DNA of 63,898 nt, filler included, from Collodictyon triciliatum (Eukaryota), in the NCBI GenBank assembly GCA_043381765.1. It is 4 parts of 4 records of this genome, joined end to end, with 100 filler letters (N's around TTAATTAATTAA, not from the genome) between each part and the next. Parts side by side here need not be neighbours in the genome. Positions count along the whole stretch, not along the records: positions 1 to 28,128 come from JBHJMP010000859.1; 3 more parts are not named here. One strand, given 5' to 3'. The position numbers and the translations under genes were made by a program. Below the pieces are notes generated by a model that saw nothing but the letters and a program-made list of their open reading frames with translations, was not told where the DNA came from and did not search any database. Below are positions 1-11,764 of the stretch, in pieces; position 1 is the stretch's first letter; every line of letters begins with the position of its first letter.

Positions 1-57
<57 letters not shown>

Positions 58-90
58 AAAAAAACAAAAAAAAAAAAACAAAAAAAGCAA
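1..90. repeat. Poly(A)/A-rich tract at window start
   Basis: Almost uninterrupted A run with a few C. Confidence 0.95.
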
Positions 91-1196
91 ATATTATTTA
101 GTTTTGCTGAAGTTTGAACAAAGCTAATATTTTAAGGTAGCGGAATGACTTTTTAGGTGAATTCTTATGGGCATCTAATTGGTACCATTCCCGTAAAAAA
201 TTTAAACTTTCTCATTTTTCATTTCTTAAGATTTTATCATTCCATCTGGTCTTTTTGGTATTGTGAGGATTATATGCACGTAAACATTAGCTTTTTCCCC
301 ATGATCTAAATCGAATGAAGTCTCTAGGGTTTACGCAACTATCGCCTTCTATCTTATTTTTATTATTATGTGAAATATCATAGACTATTTGGAAAGCTAT
401 CGTCTAACAAAATATTTCAGATAATTGGAGATTGGATACATTTTATATTTATTAAAAGTTACTCATCTAAAAAGCAATATAATAATGACTCATGCTAACT
501 TAGTTCAAATCGCATACATATGTATGTAAGTTCTACTTCAATTTTCCGTTCATGACTTTCTTGACAGTTTTGTTACTAGTTTTGGTTGTAAATTTTAGAT
601 AAACTGAAACGTCACAACATTCCCTCCTGTCATTTAAGTCTTTTTATTATATTAACTGACTACCACTTCCTTAAGTTCACTCCTGTGTGAGAGAGGAATG
701 TGAGAGAAAATTAAGATGGTCGTCCATATATTAAATATTGATGAGGATAATTCAAACATTGAATATACTGATTAGAATTCTTATAAAATTCAAAGTACGG
801 TTGTTGACGTCAAGATTAGATATTTTATTGGATTTTTTTTGATGTTTTAATTTTTGAGAATCAGCTGCGAATTGTTTTATGACCGCATATCAGCACGTTT
901 CCTTTAATAAAATTGCTTAAAGATATTTTTTTTAAATTTTCTGTTCTCTTTTGATAAGGTTTCTTCCTCCTTTATTCTTTTCACTTTGATTGGCTAAAAG
1001 CATGTTACAATCAAAATATAAATACCGCATTATTTAACATACATCGCTTTAAAAAGCTGGATGAGTTTAAAATTTTACAGCGAGCCCAAAAACTTGGATG
1101 AACCACATATTAAACAAATTACATATGACTCTTTGTCTGAAGTTAAGATGTAATTTGATTATCATTAGGATACTAATCTTTTGTAGAAATAGATAA

Positions 1197-4100
1197 ATGT
1201 CGGAATGTCCGACGAAGGAAGAGCAAGGTGATTGTAGTAAGGATGAAGCGGCAAAGAACTCGGCGGGGTCAGCTGAAGAAGCATGTTTTAATCTGAAACC
1301 ACATGGCTACATGATTAGAGGCTCCCTTTATTCCGACGGGGAGAGCAGATGGACAATCGTACAGAATGAGAGAGTTTTAAGAATTTTCATGTCGTCTACT
1401 TTCAAAGATATGCAAAAAGAAAGGGATGAGTTCTTTGCAAATGCTGAAAAAAAGTAAGTTTGTATACCCGTTTGTGAATTTTAGGCTGTAATATACTTTT
1501 TTTTTTTATTACCAAATGTATAATCAATGAACCAAGGATTCTATTTGATACTGAATATGAGTATAAAGATAAATATTCAAACAGATTAAAGGATTTTGCA
1601 AAGAAGAAAGGCCTCATCCTTGTTTTCATCGACTTGCGGTGGGGACTGACTAGCGATATATCTGTAAACGGACTGGTAAGAAAACTTAACGACTTATAAG
1701 TCGACTTAAATTTCTCTCCTTATTGATAAAAAAAATTTTTTTTTTCGGTAAGGTTGTCATCAGCTGCCTTGAATCCATCGAAGAATGCCCTTACTTTTTA
1801 TGCATGCTTGGCTCACGCTATGGCTGGTCACCAAACCATGAAAATCCTTCCGAATGGCACCCAGATACTGACTTAAAATTTCCATATCTTAAAGAAATAA
1901 GAGGACTCAGTGTTACTGATTACGAGGTTCATCCGCTCATTCAATCATTTTAACTTATATGGGAATACTCATATCTGATTCAATGGATTAATTTAGATTG
2001 TTCATGGAACTTTAAAAGAAAAAGCCGTCGCCCGTCGTGCATTTTTTTACTCTCGTGATGAAGAATATGCTGTAAATTACATAGCTGAAACGGATACCGA
2101 GCAAGCTTTGTATCGCCCAATCAGTGAAAAAGATGTAAGGAAAATAATCAGCCGATAATCTGAAACCAAAAAGCTCGCAAATTTTTTCTTAATTCGATGT
2201 AATATAAACCCGAGCACAGAAAGAAAGCCAGGATGGATTAAAACAAAAAATCGGAAATGCTTTCTGTATAAAATCGTATCGCAGCCCAAAGGAACTAATA
2301 AGAACGATGGTTGATGATTTAATTGGAGCGATTGACAAAGATTTTCCCGATGAAGTGGTTTGTATTATTTTTTTTGACCACATGAAGCATTTTTTATTAA
2401 TATTTTTTTCTGAAAGAAACAATTATGAATTGAAATTTTGGTATTAAATGCCTCATAGAAAAAAAATACAGAAGACGTTTCACACGAGCAGTTCATGCGA
2501 CATCGTCTTATTGGATTGGAAGGAAGAGATGAAATCCTTGCACTTTTGAGGGAAAAAGCTTTACTGCAACTGAGCGGAGATCCTTCGGACATTATTGTTC
2601 TTGGGGCTGAGTCTGGAATAGGAAAATCGACTATTATGAGTGGGCTTGTTCGTGACCTGAATGCGGATAAAGAGTCAAAAATACTGGTCATGTATCACTT
2701 TGTCGGTTGTTCGAACTTGAGCAATTATGTGGAAAAGTAAGCCATATGATAAGATGTAACATGAATTTTTTTTTATTTTAAAAAAAACCATATTTTATAC
2801 AACCGTAAAATTTAAATGACATTAAAGTTTAGTGGAACGTGTGGGTCGGATTCTTGTTGAAAATGAAATTGTTAGCTTGAAGCTTGATTCAGAAGAGGGT
2901 AGTATCATCGAATAATACGTTTTTTATAATAGTTTTTCAGTTTGACTTTAAGTTGACAATAATTGAATTTGATATCTTATTTTTACTCTCGAAATACGTA
3001 GGAAAAGAGGTTTTAAAGAAAGGACTCGATTACATATTGCGGCTTGCATCTGCAAATGAGTAATACAAGCATCTTTGTTCCTAACGGATTCCAACTTCTA
3101 AATCTAGCAACAACAATAATAATAACAATAATAACAATAATAACAATAATAACAATAATAACAATAATAACAATAATAACAATAATAACAATAATAACAA
3201 TAATAACAATAATAATAATAGTTATAATAATAGTTATAATAATAGTAATAATAATAGTAATAATAATAGTAATAATAATAGTTATAATAATAATAATAAT
3301 GATAATTTGTGGTAGGGAAAAGAAAGCTATTTTAGTCATCGATGCAATAAACCAATTGGTCGATTCTCAAGAATATAAAAATGTCCACCGGCTTGAATGG
3401 CTTCCCAGAAAAACACCAAAGAACATATCTGTCATCGTTTCAACCATTGACACCCACGAATCATGCAAAGTTTACATTTTTTTTTTGCCTCAACAAAATA
3501 TACATTACTTACAATCTGTTTGATAGGTTGCTAAGTCGTCAGGAACCGATGTTATTTCTCTCTCTAAGCTCAATGAAGTCGGAATTAGACAAGCTACAAC
3601 ATCTTTTTTTCGGCGTTTCAAAAAAGCCTTGGACGAAAAGCAGATGAAAATGATTTTGAGTTGTCATGAAGACACAGGTGACAAAATATACCATTTTAGA
3701 CAAATATATTCTACCGCATATTTTTAACCTATGACTACTTATCTTGTGTAAGGCCATCCACTATACTTGCGTATCGTATTGGATGAACTGCGAGTTTTTG
3801 GGATTTATGAAAGAGTAGACATCGAACTCGATGAAGTATTGAAAACAAAGGGAGTCGTGAATTTGTTTAATCTCGTCATGGGTCGCTGGGAAAATAAACA
3901 TGGTTTCTTTGATTTTATTTAGATTATAAATCACAACACCTTATTTTTTTTATTCAATTAACTTATGAAATTAAACACAGGAAAGGACATCGTCCGTTTT
4001 TCTATCAGTGTTCTTTACCTGTCTCGTATCGGTCTTGATGAAAACGAATTGGATAAATATATGGAGTACCGACTGCACAAAATCGGTGTTAAAATGAATA

Positions 4101-6262
4101 TCCAAGCATGGTAATTCAATTTTAAATGAAGAAGCTAGCAGCACCTATTCATAATGGATAATATTTTCTTTATCCCATTAGGAAATCCTTCTTTTTTGTT
4201 CTGATGGATTCACTATTTGTGAGAAATGGAAGGTTTATTGAACTGCGTAAATCACATTTTGTTCTATTTTGTATTTCGAAATCTAATAATCGTCTCTATA
4301 GGTACGCTTTCTTCCATCAACTTCTCGAATATTCCGTCAAAGAGAGATACTTTAACGAAGAGGCGTATACGTCGAGTGAAGCACTCGAATATGGAGTCTG
4401 GTTGTTGAATGAATATGGCCCGAATGAGGAAGATGGCGGCATAATCGCCGAAATATGTCATAATCTAAGAATTGCAGGAGACTATGAGAAATTAATGGAC
4501 TTTTTAAAAAAAGAAAAGGTTGGTTACCCCTTTTTTTCTTAGGCTAACAATTAAGCGTGGTCATATAATTGCCATAGGTTGTTGAAAATATGCTACTTAA
4601 GAATCATCGCTTCGAATTCTTTGAGTGCTGGAGAGACCTTAATAAGAATGGATACGACCACAAGGCTACCTATGAAGAAATGACGAAGGTCATAAATTTA
4701 ACCAATATCAGAAGCTGAATAGGTTTCTAAATTTCCAATTAAACCAGAGAACAAATCGAATCGGTGATGCGCTTGTGAGCTACTTTCGAGATATACAGGA
4801 AATCAAATTTTTGATACCGATTCTCGAACATCGAATCTCTATAGAGACCAACGAAGGTTCTTTTTCTCATACTTTATGAACTGTTTTCCAAAATTAACAC
4901 AAATTTTTCATAGCTTCAAATAGCAATAATTTGCATTCCCTCGGGGCTGTTTATGAAAATCTCGGAAAGTGAGCTATTTTTCCTCATTTTTTTGCAAAAT
5001 TAATTACGCCACAATTTAGTAACAAAATAATAGGTATGAGAAGGCCTTGGAATACTTTCATAAATCGCTTCAGATTCGCCTGAAAGTATTGGAAGAAAAA
5101 CACCCTGATATTGCATCTTCATATAATAGCATCGGGAATGTTTCTGGATATCTTGGAGAGTATGACCCATAAATCAAGTGGTTTTTTAAATTAGCGATTT
5201 AATATTAGTCAATTGCATAAAAGTCACGAGAAAGCTCTAGAATACTATCATAAATCCCTCGAAATCCGATTGGGAGCTCTGGGGGAAATGCATTGTGATG
5301 TCGCTTCATCATACAACAACATCGGAGTTGTCTTTGGAGAACTCGGAAAGTATGTGAATAATACGATTTTTCCTTTATAATCGACGACTAACCAACCAAA
5401 CCAACAGACATGACAAGGCCCTAGAATATTACCGAAAGTCTCTTGAAATATCTCTCAAAATTTTTGGAGAAATGCATATCACCGTTTCATTTCCATACAT
5501 CAACATGGGAGAAGCTTATAGTAACCTAAAAATGTACGCAAACTAAGAAATGATTAGTTTTGGTATTTAATATATTCGAAAAATGTAGGTACCAAGAGGC
5601 GCTAATATACTACGGTAAATCATATGAAATTCAACTAAAAATATATGGAGAAGTACATCCTGACGTTGCTGAGTCTTATTATTGTATCGGAATCGTCTAT
5701 TTTGACCTCGGGAAGTAAGTATATTGTTTAACAAATTATTATTGGGATTTTCTTTTCTTAAATTATTCATTACATATTTTGTATTCTTATCATCTGTTCA
5801 ATAACAAATGAAGATATGAAAACGCACTCGAGTTTTTTCACAAATCTCTTGAGATCCTCTTTTATGTGTTTGAAGAGTTTCACCCCGATGTTGCAAAGTC
5901 ATACACAGGGATCGGGCGTATCTATGATAAACTGGGAGAGTATGTTTTTAATTGCAACACAACCATACGATGCGCAATCTCTAACATTATTTCCAACAGG
6001 TACGAGAAAGCTCTTGTTTATTTCTACAAATCTCACGACATTATGCTTCGAGTATTTGGGGAAGTACACCTAAAAGTCGTAGCTTCATATTATGATATTG
6101 GCAGCGTTTACGAGACACAGAAGAAATACAAAGATGCTATAAATGTTTTTCAAAAAGTTAGGGACATATACGCACAGAATCATGGTTCAAATCACTCTGA
6201 GACCGAGAGTACTGAAATGAGAATCACTGAATTAAAAGAAAAGCTACACAAATCCTTAACTA
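1197..6262 (+). CDS. Multi-exon DUF4062 (TIR-like) + P-loop STAND NTPase + TPR-repeat protein (NPHP3/TTC41/TEP1-like architecture); 3' end runs into N gap
   Basis: Spliced reading gives LRIFMSSTFKDMQKERD, FIDLRWG, CPYFLCMLGSRYGW, SVTDYEI (DUF4062 motifs); Walker A GAESGIGKST; YHFVG; Walker B-like ILVIDAINQL; LEWLP; HPLYLRIVLDELRVFG; then 42-aa TPRs (YEKALEYFHKSLQIRLKVLEEKHPDIASSYNSIGNV). GT-AG introns keep the frame in every junction traced. Confidence 0.9.
3109..3305. repeat. Intronic (AATAATAAC)n/(AATAATAGT)n microsatellite
   Basis: Tandem 9-mers inside the intron that ends at tag near 3315; explains the spurious Ile/Thr-rich ORFs. Confidence 0.95.
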
Positions 6263-6525
6263 NNNNNNNNNNNNNNNNNNNNNNNNNNNNNNNNNNNNNN
6301 NNNNNNNNNNNNNNNNNNNNNNNNNNNNNNNNNNNNNNNNNNNNNNNNNNNNNNNNNNNNNNNNNNNNNNNNNNNNNNNNNNNNNNNNNNNNNNNNNNNN
6401 NNNNNNNNNNNNNNNNNNNNNNNNNNNNNNNNNNNNNNNNNNNNNNNNNNNNNNNNNNNNNNNNNNNNNNNNNNNNNNNNNNNNNNNNNNNNNNNNNNNN
6501 NNNNNNNNNNNNNNNNNNNNNNNNN
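6263..6525. other. Assembly gap
   Basis: N run. Confidence 1.
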
Positions 6526-6578
6526 ATGAAATAAAAAAAACCATATCATATAGAGTCTGTGTTACTTATCCGAAAGGA

Positions 6579-7070
6579 TTTTTTTTTCCTTTATTCGATT
6601 CAAAGTGCAGCGAGGTTATGCCATACAAAGGGGCGGGATAGGTGCGCATGGTAGAGAGCAAACGCGAGTAAGAGAAGACACTACTGTGGAGAGGCCAGCA
6701 CTGGAAATAAATCAGTGATAGCGAGTTGGTCAGGTGGGCGTCCCAACTGATTGATTGGTTGCGTGTGTAGCAGTAGCTGGACATGCTGTGGGAGATATCG
6801 CACGACATATTCCCATAGCTCTCTTCGCTTGCGATCAGATATTCTCATTACTATTCCTTTTAGTTTTATCATTCAAAATATATATTTATTGAGCACTGGC
6901 ATAACCTCGCTACACTTTGAATCGAATAAAGGGGAAAAAAAATATTTATTGAGCACTGGTCCATCTTCCAAATTCTAGCCAGAGCACCATGTAATATATC
7001 CATTCATTTATCGCTAATGTAAGTATTCAGAGCTATATTTAAAAACTATACATGCCGATCTAAAAACCCT
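6579..7070 (-). mobile_element. Decayed 3' fragment of a non-LTR retroelement (ORF end, short 3' UTR, AATAAA, poly(A))
   Basis: Minus strand: ...RKRRELWEYVVRYLPQHVQLL...LASPQ* then about 90 nt ending TGGCATAACCTCGCTGCACTTTGAATCGAATAAAGG-A9; the same terminus recurs as TSD-flanked insertions elsewhere in the window. 5' boundary uncertain. Confidence 0.6.
6882..6959 (+). mobile_element. Ultra-short 5'-truncated retro-insertion with 18-bp target-site duplication
   Basis: ATATTTATTGAGCACTGG at 6882-6899 and 6942-6959 flanks CATAACCTCGCTACACTTTGAATCGAATAAAGGGG plus an A tail. Confidence 0.85.
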
Positions 7071-7077
7071 TCCTTCC

Positions 7078-7141
7078 CTTGAATCGAATAAAGGGAAAAA
7101 AAAAGCATATATGTCCATTGATTCGAATAAAGAGGGGAAAA
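7078..7141 (+). mobile_element. Two further tail-only copies of the same retro-terminus
   Basis: CTTGAATCGAATAAAGGG-A9 (7078-7104) and diverged TTGATTCGAATAAAGAGGGGAAAA (7118-7141); no clear TSD. Confidence 0.6.
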
Positions 7142-7253
7142 GTATGCTTGTGATAGATGTTTATCTCTTACTTTGTTTAGAGTTATTATTTGATATGAAA
7201 TTTCCGAGTGATAAACTTATATGTATTTTTTATTTATTTATTCAGACTATTAT

Positions 7254-9316
7254 TCAGTCATGCTTTGTATTTTCACTTTGTTCAAAGTATACAGAATCAT
7301 CTTGTTCGAATGAAAGGTAAGCATCTTCCAAAGCTGATTTCGTCACAGATGCATCTGGTTTTGAGTACATAAAAGAAATGATTAAAACCACCCGCCTTGG
7401 TATAAGTGCCGCAAAGTAAGCGAATATCACACGTAGTATCACGGCCTACACATGGCATATATTTTGCTGGTGCGCATATATCCATGTATTCCTCTCTTTT
7501 TTACTTTACTTCATGTGTTGAGTTGCAAAAGCCAAACAACCTGATGTAGTGCTAAAATCTGATCCAGACATATCTGCATCCATTATTTGCCCTATTCAGA
7601 GAAGAGAAAAAAGAACGGAATAACGTATTGAATTATGTGGTAGGCAAGTCAAATAGGAATAGTTCAGTATATCCATAGATACTTCTTAAATGCCATTCTC
7701 GTAATTCGGTCAAACTTCAATATATCATAATTATTTTATCGTCATTTATTCACATATGTATTTAGTACCAAATATAATCCTTTCAAAGAACACATTCTTG
7801 TATTCAAATTGTGAATTGTAAGGCTGTTTTTCAAGGACGAGATAGGAATATAGTATTGTTCCATTACTTATTTGAGAGAAAGTAAATAAAAGTATACGGG
7901 AACTTCTCATAGTCCCTGAGTTTCTATCAAATATTGTGGATGAAAGAATGTCCGAAAGCCCTCTAATAATCTATTCAGGTATAAATCCCAAAAGATTAAG
8001 TTTTCCAGACATTCGTAATTTCATAGATATTTTCACAGAAAAAAATATCAATCCAGAATAATACAAAATGACAGGGTTTGTAATAATTGAGTTCGTGAGT
8101 ATTGGATGAATATAAATAAAGCGATTGCAGATTGTTTTTAAAATAAATTGCAACCAAAAGATATAAATAAAACAATATACCCCAGGAGATGATTGTCTTT
8201 CAGTAATTTGGCGAGAGCCTAAATACTCGAGATGGTTAGAAGATGAAGAAAAAAATGTCTTTGAGATGTGGAAGATTGGTTTTGTAAAGAAACAGATTGT
8301 TAGACTCATAAAGGAGTCATGAAAGAGCTAACACAGAGGGGATGAATATGAAACAATTGATACCATTGATGCCCTTAATACCTGTGGGATGTTGAAGCAC
8401 CTCCTATGTGAAGATAATCAGTTAAAAAATGCACATGTCATTTCAGCATCTTGTGTCTATTATCCTATATATTCCTGTTTTGTTTTTTCGGATACTATGT
8501 TCGTTTCTCTTTAAGAGAGTACGTCTACCCACCCACCCACCCACCACCACCACCCTTTATTGTTCGATTTGAATTTTAAACAAAGGAATATACTATAACA
8601 AAGCATCATTCAAAAATCACTACTCAATTAGGTATTGGAGTCAATTGATTCAACTATCACAAGAAAAGATACTTTTTCGTTATCAGTTTTCGCTTGTCGA
8701 GCAACCTCCTTCCCGGTATCTGTTGTTTCTGTCTCTATGGCATCTAATTGCTTTTTGAAAAGAACCGCTAACGTCGCGTGTGGGAATGTGTAAGAGTGAG
8801 TTATAAGGTATGAATAAAATGGAATAAAGGAGAAACCTTCTCACAAAACATGGGAAAGAACAAGACAAAAGAGGAGAATGAATACGTCTGGGCGGTAGGG
8901 TCCTTTTTAAACCATGCTTAAAAAGAGGGTTGCTCCTTGGTTGGTTGGTTGGTTGGTTGGTTGGTTGGTTGGTTGGTTGGTTGGTTGGTTGGTTGGTTGG
9001 TTGGTTGGTTGGTTTCACAAGTCAAAAACTTTGCAAAAAAAAAAAAAAAAAACCTGCACGAGAGCGGCACTCTGTAGCTGTTTTCTGGAACTCCTGAGCC
9101 AGAACATTCCCTGTTTACCATAATCAACTTCAGAAAGGGGTTTGTTTTTTCTTTTCCTGCACCAGCCGAGACTGATGTGGAGAAGTGTTTAGGGGCGCGT
9201 ACACTGGATGGGTTGTGAGCCAAAAGCCGCCAACTTCTGCAAAAGCTGTCGATCAGCCTCTGCGGTCCAGTCTGCCTCTGTCTTGCGATCCTTCCTCTGA
9301 ATGCGGACGATGACAT
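7254..9316 (-). CDS. Possible multi-exon hypothetical protein with mitochondrial-presequence-like N-terminus
   Basis: Arg/Ser-rich start [15 protein letters not shown]...[10 protein letters not shown] followed by several GT/AG-bounded open segments; a consistent full model could not be traced. Confidence 0.3.
8937..9013. repeat. (TTGG)n microsatellite
   Basis: Perfect tetranucleotide run. Confidence 0.95.
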
Positions 9317-9972
9317 GCATCCCTTGTCAAGCTTTTGAGAATGATTTGCAGGTTCTTGTTGCTTTTCTGCCCTACCTCAGGGGCAGATCCTCTATCACTT
9401 TCATGTTGCATGGGAGACCATCGTACTGGTTAGATTTGTATGTGCATGGCCTTGTGTGTACGCGTTCGTTCACGCCTCTTTTTTTTTTCTTTTTTTTTCC
9501 TGGGGGCTTGTTTATTTATGCAATCCTATTTTTGTGGACTAGAAACTTGAAGTGTTGTTCAATACAGCAGAAGCATGAGCAAAAGGAAGAATAGGGATAG
9601 AGGAGTAGAGGAGTGGAGGAGCGAGAGAGCCGGACATTGATCAGTGTAGATCACAATCTCTTCTTTCTTTTTTTTTAACTTTCCTTTTGTTCCTTGCTTG
9701 ATAATTATTGTTTTGTTTCGATTTCAGCAAATGAAAAAAGAGGTAGATGAAAATAGGTAAAAGGTGGGGATAGGCTAAGATAAACGGCAATATGAAAATC
9801 AACGTTTAGAGGAAGCGAGGAAAGTGGCGTCTGGTTAGTGAGTTATTGCTGTGTTTTGTTTTGTTTTGTTTTTTTTTTCCTTCTTTTGGTATTTTGTAAA
9901 AAGCCCTTTCATTCTGAATGGGGTGGCGATGAGGATGGTTTAGATGCTCGCCAAGCGGTTCGTTTTTGTTTC

Positions 9973-10042
<70 letters not shown>

Positions 10043-10664
10043 TTGTTTTGGCCGAATTTGTTATTCTTTAATCATTCGCTGTATACACCTGCGTGGCAAA
10101 GTTTACAACAGCGTAAATATAAAGTGAAAAAAATAAATAATCTAAAACATCTAATACTAGTGATAAGTGTATCTTAGAAAGTACGGTCATTAGAATATGA
10201 GGGGATTAATAAGAATAAGAATACAAGAAGCCATTTGAGGAGTCGATTATTAAAACAGTACCTGACTTCTATGGAAGTGAGACCATGGAATAATATTATT
10301 GGAAGAATAGGAGGAAGAAGAAAAGCAACACCGGGGATTCACTACATTTAAAATAAGTGATTATGGCACCAGAGAACATAGGTAGCGTAGGTAAACTCAT
10401 CTATGTATTTGCAATCACTTTCTGTAAACAAGATGGTTGGAGTTAGACGATGAAATAGAGTTCAATTTGCTGCATCACAATTAACCCATCGCCCTCAATG
10501 GGATTGAATACAGACATCAATATTGCCAACGAGGTAAAATAACAATAAGAATAATTGGAAGGATTTAACAAAGGGACCATGCAAAGAAACATGCCTGCCA
10601 ACGTACCATTTCGATTGATCCAAAACAACGGGGCAACAAGAGACGATCAACTAATGGATGCAAG

Positions 10665-10782
10665 AAAGAAGGAAGAAGGAAGAAGGAAGAAGGAAGAAGG
10701 AAGAAGGAAGAAGGAAGAAGGAAGAAGGAAGAAGGAAGAAGGAAGGAAGAAAGGAAGAAAGGAAGAAAGAGAAAGGAAGGAA
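10665..10782. repeat. (GAAGAAG)n purine microsatellite
   Basis: Heptamer tandem run downstream of the cyclin. Confidence 0.9.
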
Positions 10783-10888
10783 TAGAATGGAATAGAACGC
10801 AGAGCATGGCTGCCGGCTCAATAGATAGAAAAGAGCCCGAGGCCCTGCAAGGAGACAGAGTGGCCAACAACCCCTGCACCCGACGGGC

Positions 10889-11093
10889 TCACTTTCGGCT
10901 GCGCTGCGTCGATCTGGGTCTGGGCCGCGCCTGGTCGGTCTGGAAAGCGCTCGCCGGGGTGGCGATGTTGCCGCGCGAAGGCGGAGGAGGAGGAGGAGCG
11001 GCGGCGGCGGCGGAGGAGGAGGAGGAGGAGGAGGAGGAGGACTGGTAGAGGGACTGCGGCCGGGCGTATGGGGCAGCGGCAGGAGGGACAGCA

Positions 11094-11124
<31 letters not shown>

Positions 11125-11764
11125 CGCGGTGGGCAGAGGCGGCGCGGACGGCGGGGCTGAGCTGGATGCCGGCGGGGTTCTCTGCGGCCTGGGCGAGGAG
11201 GCGCTGGGCCTCGGCGACAAAGGCGGAGTAGATGTGCGCGAGGCGGGCGGGGTCGATGGTCAGGTGGAAGCGCAGGCCCTGCAGGAAGTCCATCTCGAGG
11301 GCGTTGAAGAGCTCCACGGGCAGCTCGCCGAGCTGGGCAAAGGTCAGGTTGTTGTAGGTGACGTCGTCCATGAACTTGGTGCCCAGGCACACGGCCACCA
11401 GGAAGAGCGGCCGCAGGTTGTCGTGCGTCAGCGCCAGCTCGCGCGTGCGCAGGAAGCGCTGCATGTACAGGATCGCCGTGCAGATCGCCTCGTCCGTCAC
11501 CAGATCGAAGCGCCGCACAAGCTGCAGCATCTCCTCCACAGACCGCTGCAGGCTCACCTGCTCGAACAGGCTGCGCAGCCCAGAACCCACGCCCGGCCCG
11601 GCTCCAACCATGCCCGCCCCCACGCCGGCCTCCCCGCACGAGCTCTCCAGGTAGTGCACGATCTGCTCGTGGATGTCCTTGCGCGTCACCCCGTGGTCTT
11701 CCGCTCGCGCGGGTGCCACGTACGCCACGATCGCCGCCTCGCGCACGCTGCTTGCCTGCGCCAT
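10889..11764 (-). CDS. PHO80/PCL (cyclin P/U-type) cyclin, intronless, 291 aa
   Basis: Cyclin-box motif AILYMQRF...NLRPLFLVAVCLGTKFMDDVTYNNLTFAQLGELPVELFNALEMDFLQGLRFHLTI. Confidence 0.9.

Noticed and set aside
3013-3523. Poly-Ile/Leu/Phe 'membrane protein' ORFs here and at 9838, 18592, 27846, 44153, 57770
   Set aside because: Translations of microsatellites and homopolymer runs.
6579-6941. MITE defined by 36-bp terminal inverted repeats
   Set aside because: The right arm has its own 18-bp TSD and both arms end in AATAAA plus poly(A); better explained as two opposed retro-tails.
7380-7590. [13 protein letters not shown] resembling the fructose-2,6-bisphosphatase HQAVLR motif
   Set aside because: No RHG motif or kinase domain found nearby; probably coincidental.
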